A stretch of DNA of 64,000 nt from Dehalococcoidia bacterium (GTDB lineage: Bacteria; Chloroflexota; Dehalococcoidia; Lucifugimonadales; UBA3495): positions 924,974 to 988,973 of the forward strand of contig OZ247426.1 of the NCBI GenBank assembly GCA_965232835.1, given 5' to 3'. Position 1 is the first letter of the stretch; every line of letters begins with the position of its first letter. Position numbers and translations under genes: made by a program. The notes under the pieces are model-generated. The model had not been told where the DNA came from. It did no database searches and saw nothing but the letters and a program-made list of their open reading frames with translations. Shown piece by piece: positions 18,204-27,614 of this stretch.

Positions 18204-19202
18204 ATGGAGCGGATAGGTGTCGGCTTCTCCGGGGGGATGTCTCCCCCGGACATCGTCGAGTGCGTGAAACTGGCCGAGGAGTTGGGCTACGAGTCGGCTT
18301 GGGTGGCCGAGGGGCACGGCGGCGACCAGTTCGCCATCCTGACGGCCTGCGCGGTCGCCACGAATCGGATCAAGCTTGGTACCAGCATCACCAGCGTATT
18401 CGTGCGCACCGCGCCAACCATCGCCATGGCAGCGGCCACGGTCGACCACTTCTCCAACGGGCGCTTCATCCTCGGCCTCGGCAGCAGCCACAAGGTGCAG
18501 GTTGAGCCGGAGCACGGGCTGGAGTTCATCCGCCCCATCGAAAGAATGCGGGAATGCACCGACATCGTGCGGCAGATCCTGCGCGACGGCGACGTCAACT
18601 TCCATGGCGAGGTCTACAACATCGAGCGCTTTGACCTGTGGTTCGAGCCCGTCCGCCGTCAGATGCCCATCTATTACGCCGCGGTTAGGCCCCGGATGCT
18701 GGAAATCTGTGGCGAGGTATCCGACGGGGTCATCCTGACCTGGTGCACCCTCGACCACGCGGCGACCGCCGTTGATCACATCCGGATTGGTGCGGAGCGG
18801 GCCGGGCGAAACCCCGAGGACGTGGACGTCACCACCCTGATCGCCTGTGCCGTCTCTGACGACCGGGACTCGGCGAGGGACGAACTGAGGCGCTACATCG
18901 CGTCCTACGTCTGGCGATTCCCGCGCTACCGCCGGCTGGTGGAAGAGGCGGGCTTCGCTGAGGAAGTCGAGGCCGTGGCCCAAGCATGGCGGGAAGGACG
19001 CATCGAGGACGCCCTGAACCTCGCGCCTGCCGGTCTCGTCGACACCGTGGCTCTCGCAGGCTCTCCGGAGGAGTGCCGCGAGCGTCTGCAGCTGTACCGG
19101 GACGCGGGAATCAGTATGCCGATCATTTCTCCCCGCGCCTCGGGTCCCGCCGCCAGGGAACGGGCCATGGCCGTTATCAGAGCCTGCGCCCCCGGGCAAT
19201 AA
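18204..19202 (+). CDS. LLM-class (luciferase-like) flavin/F420-dependent oxidoreductase
   Basis: LAEELGYESAWVAEGHGGDQFAILTACA...RFILGLGSSH. ATG 18204 is preceded by GAGGTGAGAG. Confidence 0.85.
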   Translation: MERIGVGFSGGMSPPDIVECVKLAEELGYESAWVAEGHGGDQFAILTACAVATNRIKLGTSITSVFVRTAPTIAMAAATVDHFSNGRFILGLGSSHKVQVEPEHGLEFIRPIERMRECTDIVRQILRDGDVNFHGEVYNIERFDLWFEPVRRQMPIYYAAVRPRMLEICGEVSDGVILTWCTLDHAATAVDHIRIGAERAGRNPEDVDVTTLIACAVSDDRDSARDELRRYIASYVWRFPRYRRLVEEAGFAEEVEAVAQAWREGRIEDALNLAPAGLVDTVALAGSPEECRERLQLYRDAGISMPIISPRASGPAARERAMAVIRACAPGQ

Positions 19203-19222
19203 CATTCCTTTTCCCGGACTGT

Positions 19223-19246
19223 CCCCTCCTCCAGCGGGGGAGGGTC
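19223..19246. repeat. GGGAGAGGG-family hairpin repeat (degenerate copy)
   Basis: CCCCTCCTCC-agc-GGGGGAGGG, between the LLM gene and the RraA-like gene. Confidence 0.55.
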
Positions 19247-19293
19247 AGAGCGGGGAAGAAATTTCCAGAACTAAGTACCAACGGAGGCCCTCA

Positions 19294-20019
19294 ATGACCA
19301 CGGTGCCTGAAATCACCGCCGATACGCTGCAAACCCTCAAGGAAATCCCCACACAGACACTGATCGACGGCCTCTGGGTTATGGGATGGCCCATGAGCTT
19401 CATCCACGGCGCCAAGCCGCTACAGCCTGGGCAGCACATGGCCGGCCGGGCCGTTACCCTACGGTTCGTGCCACACCGTCCCGATCTCGCATCAGACAAG
19501 CCCAAGGGCGCCGACTCCGCGGAGTACGTGGCCTTCGAGCTCTGCGGCCCCGAAAACGTATTGGTCATCGACGCAATGGGCTGGGAATACAGCTCCATCG
19601 GCGGCGACATCAAGTTCATGCGCCTGATGCAGCGCATGGTGGGCGGACTGGTGACCGACGGCGCGGTGCGCGACAGCAACGCGCTCAAAGAGTACGGCTT
19701 CCCGGTCTACGCCGCCAACACCACCGCCAAGCAAGGGCCCGCCGAGTTCTGGCCCTGGCAGGTGAACGACGCCGTGCAGTGCGGCGGCGTCCTGGTCCGC
19801 CCCGGCGACGCCATCGTCGGCGACGACGACGGCGCGGTGGTGGTTCCCGCCGCCGCGGTCGACGAGGTGATACGCATAGCTCACGAGCGTGAGGATGTAG
19901 AAGCGGTGATCAAGGCCCAGTTGGAGGTGGAGCAGTGCAGCCCCGGCAAGTACTACCCCTTCAACGACCGCACATGGCAACTCTACGAAGAAAAGACCGG
20001 CAGAAAACGGGGAGGGTGA
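19294..20019 (+). CDS. RraA-family protein / 4-hydroxy-4-methyl-2-oxoglutarate aldolase-like
   Basis: GGDIKFMRLMQRMVGGLVTDGAVRDSNALKEYGFPVYAANTTAKQG and GDAIVGDDDGAVVVP. RBS GGAGG. Confidence 0.85.
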   Translation: MTTVPEITADTLQTLKEIPTQTLIDGLWVMGWPMSFIHGAKPLQPGQHMAGRAVTLRFVPHRPDLASDKPKGADSAEYVAFELCGPENVLVIDAMGWEYSSIGGDIKFMRLMQRMVGGLVTDGAVRDSNALKEYGFPVYAANTTAKQGPAEFWPWQVNDAVQCGGVLVRPGDAIVGDDDGAVVVPAAAVDEVIRIAHEREDVEAVIKAQLEVEQCSPGKYYPFNDRTWQLYEEKTGRKRGG

Positions 20020-20148
20020 GGTCCCACTCAGGAATCCAGCAAGCACACCATTTCCCGGCGGAAAGGAGAGCTCCAGGAAAAATCGAAAGTCGGCGCAGAT
20101 TGACTTGCTCTCGAGTATTCACAATTCCTTGAAATCGTCCGATTAGAC

Positions 20149-20856
20149 TTGTGGTGCGAGAAGCCGGGAGGAGGTACAGGGAGTTTGGCAGAAACTGGCA
20201 CGGCAGGGAGCGTTGGCAATTCGTCGCCCTTGGGGGCAGTGCTGAAGGTCGTCAATTCGTCTTACTTCTTCTGGACAGTTTTGGCCGTCCCTTCAATCCC
20301 CCTGATTTTGCAGCTCGTTGAAGGGAGCCAAGGATCCAGGGGCAGATCACCGGCCCACGAAATCGTGGAACTTTCCGGTGTAGTCGCGACGCTGCTTCTG
20401 TTGGCTGCACTGGCGCTGTCGCCGCTGCAGACGATTTTTCCAAGGTCGGGCGTGCTGGCCTGGTTTGTCAAACGCCGTCGTTATCTCGGGGTCGCGGCTT
20501 TTTCCTACTCGGTTGTTCATGTGGTGTTCTATTTTATCGACCTTGGCAGCCTGCGGGAGGTGCTGGCGGAGTTCTCAACCCCGCTCATCCTCACCGGATG
20601 GGTTGCCCTGTTCGTGTTCGTTCCGCTGGCAATTACGTCAAACGCGGTCATGGTGAGGGCCATGGGTTGGCGCAGGTGGAAGACGGTCCAGCGCGGCGCT
20701 TACGTGGCAGCGGTACTGGTGTTGGCGCACTGGCTCATTGTCGAACCGGAACCCGGACCGATGATCTTTTTCGGTGTAGTGGCAGCGCTGGAAGCGTACC
20801 GGCTCTGGCGATACCTCGCGAACCGGAACGCCAATGCGAGTCCTGTCCGTTCCTGA
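20149..20856 (+). CDS. Ferric-reductase-like / MsrQ (YedZ)-like heme-binding membrane protein; start uncertain
   Basis: TM helices carry conserved His residues (AFSYSVVHVVFYFID, VLVLAHWLIV) and RRWKTVQRGAY. The track start is a TTG; GTG 20239 is an alternative. No MsrP partner is present. Confidence 0.5.
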   Translation: MWCEKPGGGTGSLAETGTAGSVGNSSPLGAVLKVVNSSYFFWTVLAVPSIPLILQLVEGSQGSRGRSPAHEIVELSGVVATLLLLAALALSPLQTIFPRSGVLAWFVKRRRYLGVAAFSYSVVHVVFYFIDLGSLREVLAEFSTPLILTGWVALFVFVPLAITSNAVMVRAMGWRRWKTVQRGAYVAAVLVLAHWLIVEPEPGPMIFFGVVAALEAYRLWRYLANRNANASPVRS

Positions 20857-20890
20857 AATGTCCCCTGCAATTCAACGGGAGCTGAAGAAG

Positions 20891-20920
20891 AATGGGCCCC
20901 TTCGCAATGAGGGGCCCATT
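20891..20920. terminator. Hairpin between convergent genes (putative bidirectional terminator)
   Basis: An 11-bp perfect stem AATGGGCCCCT / AGGGGCCCATT with an 8-nt loop. No clear U-tract follows. Confidence 0.45.
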
Positions 20921-20949
20921 GATATCTACAACACTGCGCTTGCCTGGAA

Positions 20950-22053
20950 CTACGGCGCGGTAGTGCCGCCGAAGGCGCCCCAGCCGGCGGGTATCTGGAC
21001 GACACCCGACTCCAGGTTATTCACGTCGGTCTGCCCGCAGTAGCCCAGCGCGCGGGAAACCTCCTCGCGCAGCAGCTCAAGGACACCGTGCACGCCTTCG
21101 GCGCCGTCAAGGGCCAGGCCCCAGAACAACGGTCGCCCGATGGCCACTGCCTTGGCCCCCAGGGCCAGAGCCTTGATGACGTCGCTGCCACGGCGTACGC
21201 CCGAATCCACATACACCTCGGCCTGCCCACGCGATGCCGCGACGATTTCCGGGACCATCTCGATGGCGCCCATGGTCATGTCCAGCTGCCGCCCGCCGTG
21301 GGTGGAGACCAGGATGCCCTCAACCCCGTGCTCGACGGCCTCGTGGGCGTCCTCGGCAGTGCGCACACCCTTCAGCACCAGCGGAAGGGAGGTCATGCCC
21401 CGCAGTCGCTCCAGTTCGCGCCAAGTGATCGAGGGAGACTGAGAGACATCCCACCCGGGTGTCTCGTCGGTGCCGCTGATGGCGGAGCGGTCCGCATCCA
21501 TCCCACGGAAGTTGCCCAGGTCGTTCTCGCGCTGATAGCGGTTCCGCAGGTCGCGCTCCTTGGGACTGGGCAGCGGCGTGTCGACCGTCAGCACGATGGC
21601 TTTGAATCCGGCCTCCTCGGCTCGGTGCACCAGCGTCTCGGTGAAATGCCAGCCGCGGTGATAGAGCTGGAACCACAGCGGCCCGCCAGCGGCATCGGAC
21701 ACCTCCTCCATGCTGTAGTTGGAGGATGTGCTAAGCATCATCAGGGTATCGGACATGCCGGTTCCCCGCGCAGTGGCCACCTCGCCGTCGGGGTGGGCCA
21801 GCATGTGGCTGCCCGCTGGGGCGACCATGACGGGCATGCTGATCTCCTGTCCCAGGACGGTGGTGGATATGTTGCGCTCACTCACGTCGCGCATGAATCG
21901 GGGCCGCAGCTTGAGATCCTCAAAGGCCGAGCGGTTGCGGTTGGTGGTGAACTCGTCCATCGCACCGGCCTCGATGAACTCCCAATTGTTGTGGGGAAGT
22001 ACAAGCTTCGCCCTTGATTCGTAGTCGTAGAGATTGATGGGATCGTTGGCCAT
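20950..22053 (-). CDS. FMN-dependent alpha-hydroxy-acid oxidase/dehydrogenase (LldD / glycolate oxidase family)
   Basis: LYDYESRAKLVLPHNNWEFIEAGA..., TVDTPLPSPKERDLRN, VSTHGGRQLD and the GRPLFWGLA C-terminus. ATG 22053 is preceded by GGAGG. The track's 469-aa ORF includes an unrelated in-frame upstream piece. Confidence 0.88.
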   Translation of the reverse strand: MANDPINLYDYESRAKLVLPHNNWEFIEAGAMDEFTTNRNRSAFEDLKLRPRFMRDVSERNISTTVLGQEISMPVMVAPAGSHMLAHPDGEVATARGTGMSDTLMMLSTSSNYSMEEVSDAAGGPLWFQLYHRGWHFTETLVHRAEEAGFKAIVLTVDTPLPSPKERDLRNRYQRENDLGNFRGMDADRSAISGTDETPGWDVSQSPSITWRELERLRGMTSLPLVLKGVRTAEDAHEAVEHGVEGILVSTHGGRQLDMTMGAIEMVPEIVAASRGQAEVYVDSGVRRGSDVIKALALGAKAVAIGRPLFWGLALDGAEGVHGVLELLREEVSRALGYCGQTDVNNLESGVVQIPAGWGAFGGTTAP

Positions 22054-22332
22054 GGAGCCTCCTAGTATCTTGGTTGCAGGTACTCTATTCCGGTAATGAG
22101 CGTGTGGCAAGAGCTTGGGTTTTTCACCTTTAGTTGTAGACCGCGAAACTCGCGATTGGTCCGATTGGCGGAAATTCTTGAAAATGAGCGGAAGTACCTC
22201 GGAGGCTGAGCTAGCTCCACGAAACCACTCAGCATCGAGCTCGAAAGAGTCCGGATCGGACAATATATCTGCGGTGACCGCTGCGTCTTCCTCAGGAGTC
22301 AGGGGTTTATCCCCGGGTTTAAGCCTGGGCAT
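22054..22332 (-). pseudogene. BrnA-like antitoxin remnant: N-terminal part only, no stop codon of its own, in frame with the downstream oxidase gene
   Basis: MPRLKPGDKPLTPEEDAAVTADILSDPDSFELDAEWFRGASSASEVLP... matches BrnA N-termini. The expected C-terminal part (vsLRlD.dvl..f....GyQTrIN) is missing. RBS GGAGGG precedes ATG 22332, which overlaps the brnT stop. Confidence 0.55.
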
Positions 22333-22579
22333 ATTCCCTCCTCTCACTGTTGTTGGCAATTCTCAGACTGATTATCCGACAACGGTCTTGCCGTTCAGTA
22401 AATATTACCACGTGTAACCGGTCTCCGATGTACCCTATCGCCAACCATCTAGGTTCATCGAAGCGGTCAGACCGCCGTATTTTGGCATGGTCCCAGTCGA
22501 AGTCCTCTACCATAGAAAAATCGAGTTGTCGCCTTTGAACATGGGCCCGGTTCTTTTCCGGATCCCACTCGTACTCCAC
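22319..22579 (-). CDS. brnT: BrnT-family (DUF497) type II toxin
   Basis: MEYEWDPEKNRAHVQRRQLDFSMVEDFDWD....LHVVIFTERQDRCRIISLRIANNSERREY follows the FEWD..K...N..KH..sF pattern of BrnT. GC is visibly lower than in the flanks. Confidence 0.8.
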   Translation of the reverse strand: MEYEWDPEKNRAHVQRRQLDFSMVEDFDWDHAKIRRSDRFDEPRWLAIGYIGDRLHVVIFTERQDRCRIISLRIANNSERREYAQA

Positions 22580-22588
22580 GTGAAAGTC

Positions 22589-25500
22589 TTACTCGTACCG
22601 GAGCGCCTCGGCAGGGTATATGCGGCTGGCCTGCCGCGCGGGGAGGAAGGTGGTCAGCAGGGAGAATACATAGGCGACGGCTACGATTATGACAATCTGC
22701 AGCCATGGGAACGTGAACCTGATAGTTTCCACATCTTCACGAATCTCTCTGACTATTAGATATGAAATCGCCGTTCCCAGGCCAACGCCAATGGCCACTC
22801 CCAGCAGCACCACGAATGATGACTCCAGCAGGAACGAGAGCTGCACCATATTGCGCCGGTACCCGATGGCCCGCAGCACTCCGATCTGTTGCCTGCGCTC
22901 GACCACCGCCCTGAGGCTCACGACTCCCAGTGAGGCCACGCCCACCATCAGGCCGAGGCCCATAAACCCGGTGAGCAGGTAGTTGAAGGCGCGATTGGCC
23001 GAGACCGACTCCTCGACCAGGTCGGCCAGCACATCGCTCTCCAGACCGTTCTGCCGGAACGTGGTTTCCAGGTCCCGGGATATCTGCGCAACGTCCATTC
23101 CCTCGGTCACCTTGATCCGGTAGTTGGTGACCGGTATTGGAAACGGCGACAGGTCCTCGAGCCGTTCCCGCGCCATGATCATGCCCCCTCCCAGTGTCCC
23201 GAAGGCATCGGCGGTCTCATCGAGGATGGCGATCACGGTCAGCTCGGCCTCGATGCCGGTGGATGGCTCCCACACCTCGATAGGGATGGCACGCATTGAC
23301 TCGTCCTCGTAGAAAACGCCCTCCACCTGGAACTCGGGCACGTTCTCTCCGCCCCGAAAGCCGTTCTGCAAGGGCACCGCAAGGACATCGACCACCACTA
23401 GGGTGGGATCGTTCTTGAGGGCATTCCACACCTCATCGGCGGTCGTACCGTAGCCCTCCGCGATCAGGTGGAATTCGGTCTCGGTCCCTTCCAGGTAATC
23501 ATTGTCCGCCGCCCTCACCGAATACGATCGCCAGCTCTGATTCTCGGCACCCGGCTGACGTACCTGCAGAGGAACTTGTGTGTAATTCCCCACGGCCTCG
23601 AAATGCTCGGGATTCAGGTGCGGACTTTCCTCTATGGCTCCCTGAAAATCCTCAATTGGAGTGCTGGGATTGACCCTGGCCGCAATGTCCCAGCCGCCCA
23701 CAACGGAGGCGTCGTCCGCCGCCGTGGTGCCAAATGCCTCTGTGAGGATGGACATCACGATCATGGTGAATATGACCAGGGCGAACATGGCCAGGGTCAA
23801 CCCCGTGCGAAACCGGGCGCTCATCGGATAGGCCACGGCCGTGACCAGGACCGGACGCAGGCTGCCAATTCTGGACGTGGCGGTGGTGAGAATTTTCAGC
23901 AGGACATCGGCGTTGAACATGACGGTGCATACCGCCGCCGCGACCATGGTGATGCCCGAAATGAAGAACATTTCGATGCCAGCGTTGAGCTCGCCGAAAA
24001 ACGATTCCAGGACGCTGAATGGGATGAACCAGTACACCAGCGTCACCGCTCCGATGAACGTATACGCGATGCGGTCAGACCTCTCCGGACGCACCCGGTT
24101 CACGTTCAAGATGGACCGCAACAGCAGGCCGAGACCGATTATGGTCGACGTAACTCCTATTCGTACCCAGAAAGCATCACTGGTCTGCGCGCCTAACCAG
24201 GACAATGAGATGCCGATGGCCACTACTGTGATTGACAGCACCATTCTTACCACCACCATCCAGCCCTGGCGATAGGGGCTGAGCAGAAGCTGAAAGGCCG
24301 TGTATACGAACACGAACGGCGCCGCGAGCAACGACAGTGGCGCAATCAGCAGCAGGGCCAAGCCGCGCTTCCATAACCCTCGCCGCATCGACATTGCGCT
24401 CGAATACAGCACTCGGAACGGCAATAGCAGGAGGCCCGACATCAGCAGCCTGGCCAACAGTTGCAGGGCACTGGCGTTGTTGGTCTCCTGCGGCGTGGGC
24501 AGGTCCCGGATGGCAGCCACGATGTTCATGCGGCTGACGCGGTAGGCGGAAATGGCTACGGTTACAAAGGTGATGACCATGCCGAGGCAGTAGGCAACGA
24601 CCGCGCTCCGCAATTCGAAGTGCCGCGTCAACTGGAAGTCGCCATCACCGGCCCCGGCTCCTCCACCGGCGAATATCTGGTTAATGATGCCAACGATCAG
24701 ACCGCTGGCCAACAGGCCCAGGGCCACGCCGACCACTCCCGAAACCAGGGCGTAGGCGGTGCCCTCAAAGACAAACATCTGGACCAGGTGCCACCGTTTC
24801 GCGCCCACCGCCCTGGCCATCCCGAGTTCGGACCGCCGTGCCGCCGCCAGCATTACGAATATGAGGAAAATCAGCAGTATCCCCACCATTATGGAAAACA
24901 GGCCGAACAGGATGAAAAAGCTGGTGACCACATTGCCCACCAGTTCCGCCGTACCGAGGAGGCTGCGCTTTATGTCAATGACCAGGAATTCCGCCAGCGT
25001 CACCACCAGCGTGTTGACCTCGCGCACCAGCTCACCGTCACCCGTTGCGGCGACGGCCTCCAGGAACTCGTCCCTGATGTCTTCATCAGAGAACAGGGCT
25101 ACGAGCGTTTCGCTGAGGTCGGGCTTGGCAAGTTCTTCGCGGAGGAGAATCAAGTCGGACTGCAGGGTCTCAGCGATTAGCGGTCGCTCGGCCCGGAGCC
25201 CGAGTTGCTCCATTACCGCGGGGCGCGAGAGCGCGGCCTTCAGATCAGAGGCCGCCTCCCGGTCAGTGAACAGCACCCGGAGAGTCCTGGTGACCTCCTC
25301 GCTCAGCTCCGCACCCTCGTATTCATCCCCCCGGTTGGATACGACAATGGAGTTGACGTAGCCCTCCTTGCCGAACAAAAGCTGCGCGTCGGCAAGGTCC
25401 AGGAGCAGTGTGGGCTCGGTGCCCACCGGGCCTCCACCGGACACCACCCCTCGGACCGTTAACGAGACCGACTCGCCGTAGACGAATACCGACAGGGTGT

Positions 25501-26113
25501 CACCAGGGCGGGCCTCCAGGTCCTCGGCGGCGCTGGAGTTGATGAATACCTCGTTCTGACCCAGGTTTTCGACCCGCACCTCGCCGCCGTCGACCAGGGT
25601 GAACCCGCCAAATCCACCCAGGGTGTCAGGGTCAACTCCGGCAATCTGCATCCGCCCCTCGGTGAGCGAGTTGCGTTCGTTCACCGTGGGCGCGGTCTCC
25701 GCCAGTCCTGCAGCCAGGCCGTCGATGATATCGACGCCGGCCAACTCCTGTTGCAGGCGGGTGAATCGCTCTATGGGAACATAGGCGGCCCCTCCGAACT
25801 GATCATTCTCACCCGCTCGGGTCGATATGACGAATTCGTCGATGGTGCCAAGGCCGTCGATTACCGACTTGCTGATGGAGAAGGTGAGGGTGTCTCCGGT
25901 GCCGAATGAGGCGGACATGATCAGCGTAGAGATCATGATGCCGACAATGATGAGAATGGTCTGCGTCTTGCGCCGGGGAATGTTCCGCAGCGCCATTTTG
26001 AGCATGACCCGACTGCGAAGCGCCAGGATACAGATCACGATCAGGGAGGGCACGAATATTGCCAAAAGGACCAGCATGATGTGGTCCATCCTGACGCCGA
26101 ACAGGTCTTCCAT
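22589..26113 (-). CDS. Very large ABC transporter permease with two FtsX/MacB-type domains (1174 aa)
   Basis: Two FtsX-type 4-TM bundles, each preceded by a large extracytoplasmic domain (N-terminal half and C-terminal half), plus an extra central TM cluster. It lies immediately downstream of a MacB/LolD-type ATPase gene. Confidence 0.85.
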   Translation of the reverse strand: MEDLFGVRMDHIMLVLLAIFVPSLIVICILALRSRVMLKMALRNIPRRKTQTILIIVGIMISTLIMSASFGTGDTLTFSISKSVIDGLGTIDEFVISTRAGENDQFGGAAYVPIERFTRLQQELAGVDIIDGLAAGLAETAPTVNERNSLTEGRMQIAGVDPDTLGGFGGFTLVDGGEVRVENLGQNEVFINSSAAEDLEARPGDTLSVFVYGESVSLTVRGVVSGGGPVGTEPTLLLDLADAQLLFGKEGYVNSIVVSNRGDEYEGAELSEEVTRTLRVLFTDREAASDLKAALSRPAVMEQLGLRAERPLIAETLQSDLILLREELAKPDLSETLVALFSDEDIRDEFLEAVAATGDGELVREVNTLVVTLAEFLVIDIKRSLLGTAELVGNVVTSFFILFGLFSIMVGILLIFLIFVMLAAARRSELGMARAVGAKRWHLVQMFVFEGTAYALVSGVVGVALGLLASGLIVGIINQIFAGGGAGAGDGDFQLTRHFELRSAVVAYCLGMVITFVTVAISAYRVSRMNIVAAIRDLPTPQETNNASALQLLARLLMSGLLLLPFRVLYSSAMSMRRGLWKRGLALLLIAPLSLLAAPFVFVYTAFQLLLSPYRQGWMVVVRMVLSITVVAIGISLSWLGAQTSDAFWVRIGVTSTIIGLGLLLRSILNVNRVRPERSDRIAYTFIGAVTLVYWFIPFSVLESFFGELNAGIEMFFISGITMVAAAVCTVMFNADVLLKILTTATSRIGSLRPVLVTAVAYPMSARFRTGLTLAMFALVIFTMIVMSILTEAFGTTAADDASVVGGWDIAARVNPSTPIEDFQGAIEESPHLNPEHFEAVGNYTQVPLQVRQPGAENQSWRSYSVRAADNDYLEGTETEFHLIAEGYGTTADEVWNALKNDPTLVVVDVLAVPLQNGFRGGENVPEFQVEGVFYEDESMRAIPIEVWEPSTGIEAELTVIAILDETADAFGTLGGGMIMARERLEDLSPFPIPVTNYRIKVTEGMDVAQISRDLETTFRQNGLESDVLADLVEESVSANRAFNYLLTGFMGLGLMVGVASLGVVSLRAVVERRQQIGVLRAIGYRRNMVQLSFLLESSFVVLLGVAIGVGLGTAISYLIVREIREDVETIRFTFPWLQIVIIVAVAYVFSLLTTFLPARQASRIYPAEALRYE

Positions 26114-26177
26114 CAGGCGACGATTCCGGTAGCAGGATTATCAGAGCCTTCTTGCACTGACGCAGACCGGCCCATGC

Positions 26178-26873
26178 TTAGCCGGCTCCCAGACCATCGT
26201 CCACTATGGTGCCATCGCGCATGCGAACTATTCGGTGCGCCATCAGTCCCACTGCCTCAGAGTGTGTGACGAGAATGAAGGTCTGTTGATTGGCCTGGTT
26301 CAGATCAATGATCAGATCCATAATCTCTACTGTGGTCTCGCTGTCCAGGTCTCCTGTGGGTTCGTCCGCCCATATGATGGAGGGCTGGTTGACCAGGGCT
26401 CGGGCGATGGTAACCCGCTGACGCTGACCGCCGGAGAGTTCACTGGGCAGGTGGCCGGCCCGGTCGGCAAGTCCAACCCGTTCCAGCATCTCGAGGGACC
26501 TCTTGCGGGCATCCGTGGCGCCGACGCCCGAGAGCAGCAGTGGCATCTCCACGTTTTCCACGGCAGTGAGCACGGGCAACAGGTTGTAGAGCTGGAAGAC
26601 GAACCCCATATTCCTGGCCCGGTAGTCACTGCGCTCGTCATCCGGCAGGTCGTGAAGCACCACTCCTTCGACGGTAACTTGGCCTTCGTCAATGTCATCC
26701 AGACCGGACAGGCAGTTCAGCATGGTAGTCTTGCCGCAACCGCTAGGACCCATGATTGCCACCATCTCACCCCGCCCTACGGACAGGTCCACGCCACGCA
26801 GCGCATTTACTTGCACTTTTCCCGTGTCGTATGTCTTGAAGATGCCCGAGGCGCGGACAATGGGTTCTTGCAT
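26178..26873 (-). CDS. ABC transporter ATP-binding protein (MacB/LolD type)
   Basis: Walker [10 protein letters not shown], signature [15 protein letters not shown], Walker [16 protein letters not shown] 26873 has GGAG upstream; the track start 26921 lacks an RBS. Confidence 0.93.
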   Translation of the reverse strand: MQEPIVRASGIFKTYDTGKVQVNALRGVDLSVGRGEMVAIMGPSGCGKTTMLNCLSGLDDIDEGQVTVEGVVLHDLPDDERSDYRARNMGFVFQLYNLLPVLTAVENVEMPLLLSGVGATDARKRSLEMLERVGLADRAGHLPSELSGGQRQRVTIARALVNQPSIIWADEPTGDLDSETTVEIMDLIIDLNQANQQTFILVTHSEAVGLMAHRIVRMRDGTIVDDGLGAG

Positions 26874-27058
26874 GAATGCTCCGGGAGTAGCCGACTCCCG
26901 GATTTCCCAAGGGTCGACCATACGGTTTTGTTTTCAACTCAGGAGTATACCGCCAATCGCTCTGTCGGAGAGCGGCAATAATCCAACAGTGTCTCGAAGC
27001 CACTGGGAGGATAATCAATCAGTGGAACAAGAGGAGGAAGCCGAGGGACGCAGCCTGG

Positions 27059-27319
27059 TCACTCTCTCGATTCATCCATCGGCAGGCGCAGCTTCAGTTG
27101 CTCCAGCCACCACCAGAGGCGGCTCCAGACCATCCTGCGCTCCGAGTCTGTGAGTTGCCGTCCCAGGTGTCGCCGGGTGGCTGCAACTCCCTGTCCGGCC
27201 AGGAAACCCCAAGCGCCCTTCTCGTTGCGAATCCACGACCAGACCTTGTCACCGTGCTCGCTAAGCACCTGGCGCAGGACTGGGTCAAGGGTCTCAAGGT
27301 CCAGTCGGGCGGGTTCCAC
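27059..27319 (-). CDS. Hypothetical Trp-rich small protein
   Basis: An 86-aa ORF (GTG start, GGGTGGA upstream) downstream of thiS. I recognise no motif in it. Confidence 0.35.
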   Translation of the reverse strand: MEPARLDLETLDPVLRQVLSEHGDKVWSWIRNEKGAWGFLAGQGVAATRRHLGRQLTDSERRMVWSRLWWWLEQLKLRLPMDESRE

Positions 27320-27392
27320 TGCTCAGTCCACCCTCTGCGACAAGGGGACCAGCGAGCTTCCGCAGAGGTCAATGCCGCACGGGAGCACGACG

Positions 27393-27596
27393 TCAGCCGC
27401 CGCCGACAGGTCGGACGATTTCCAGGATGTCGCCATCCTGCAGGGTCACATCCGGGTACTGCTCCGGCTTGAGCACATCTCCGTTGTATCCCACCGCCAC
27501 GTGCTTCAGGTCGAGGCCAAAGGAAATCAGGTAGGACTCGAGGTCCTGGCTATCGTCGATGGGACGCGGCTTGCCATTCACCATCAGGTTGATCAT
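27393..27596 (-). CDS. thiS: Sulfur-carrier protein ThiS
   Basis: A 67-aa ubiquitin-like protein ending in ...ILEIVRPVGGG (C-terminal GG). GGAGG lies 11 nt upstream of ATG 27596. Confidence 0.88.
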   Translation of the reverse strand: MINLMVNGKPRPIDDSQDLESYLISFGLDLKHVAVGYNGDVLKPEQYPDVTLQDGDILEIVRPVGGG

Positions 27597-27614
27597 AGAA
27601 ATCACGGCCTCCGA

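Noticed and set aside
20950-22359. A single 469-aa alpha-hydroxy-acid oxidase with a 102-residue N-terminal extension.
   Set aside because: The extension is a BrnA-like antitoxin fragment with its own RBS and start. The oxidase family N-terminus begins at ATG 22053, which has a GGAGG RBS. I therefore treat them as two entities; see the finding on the in-frame junction.
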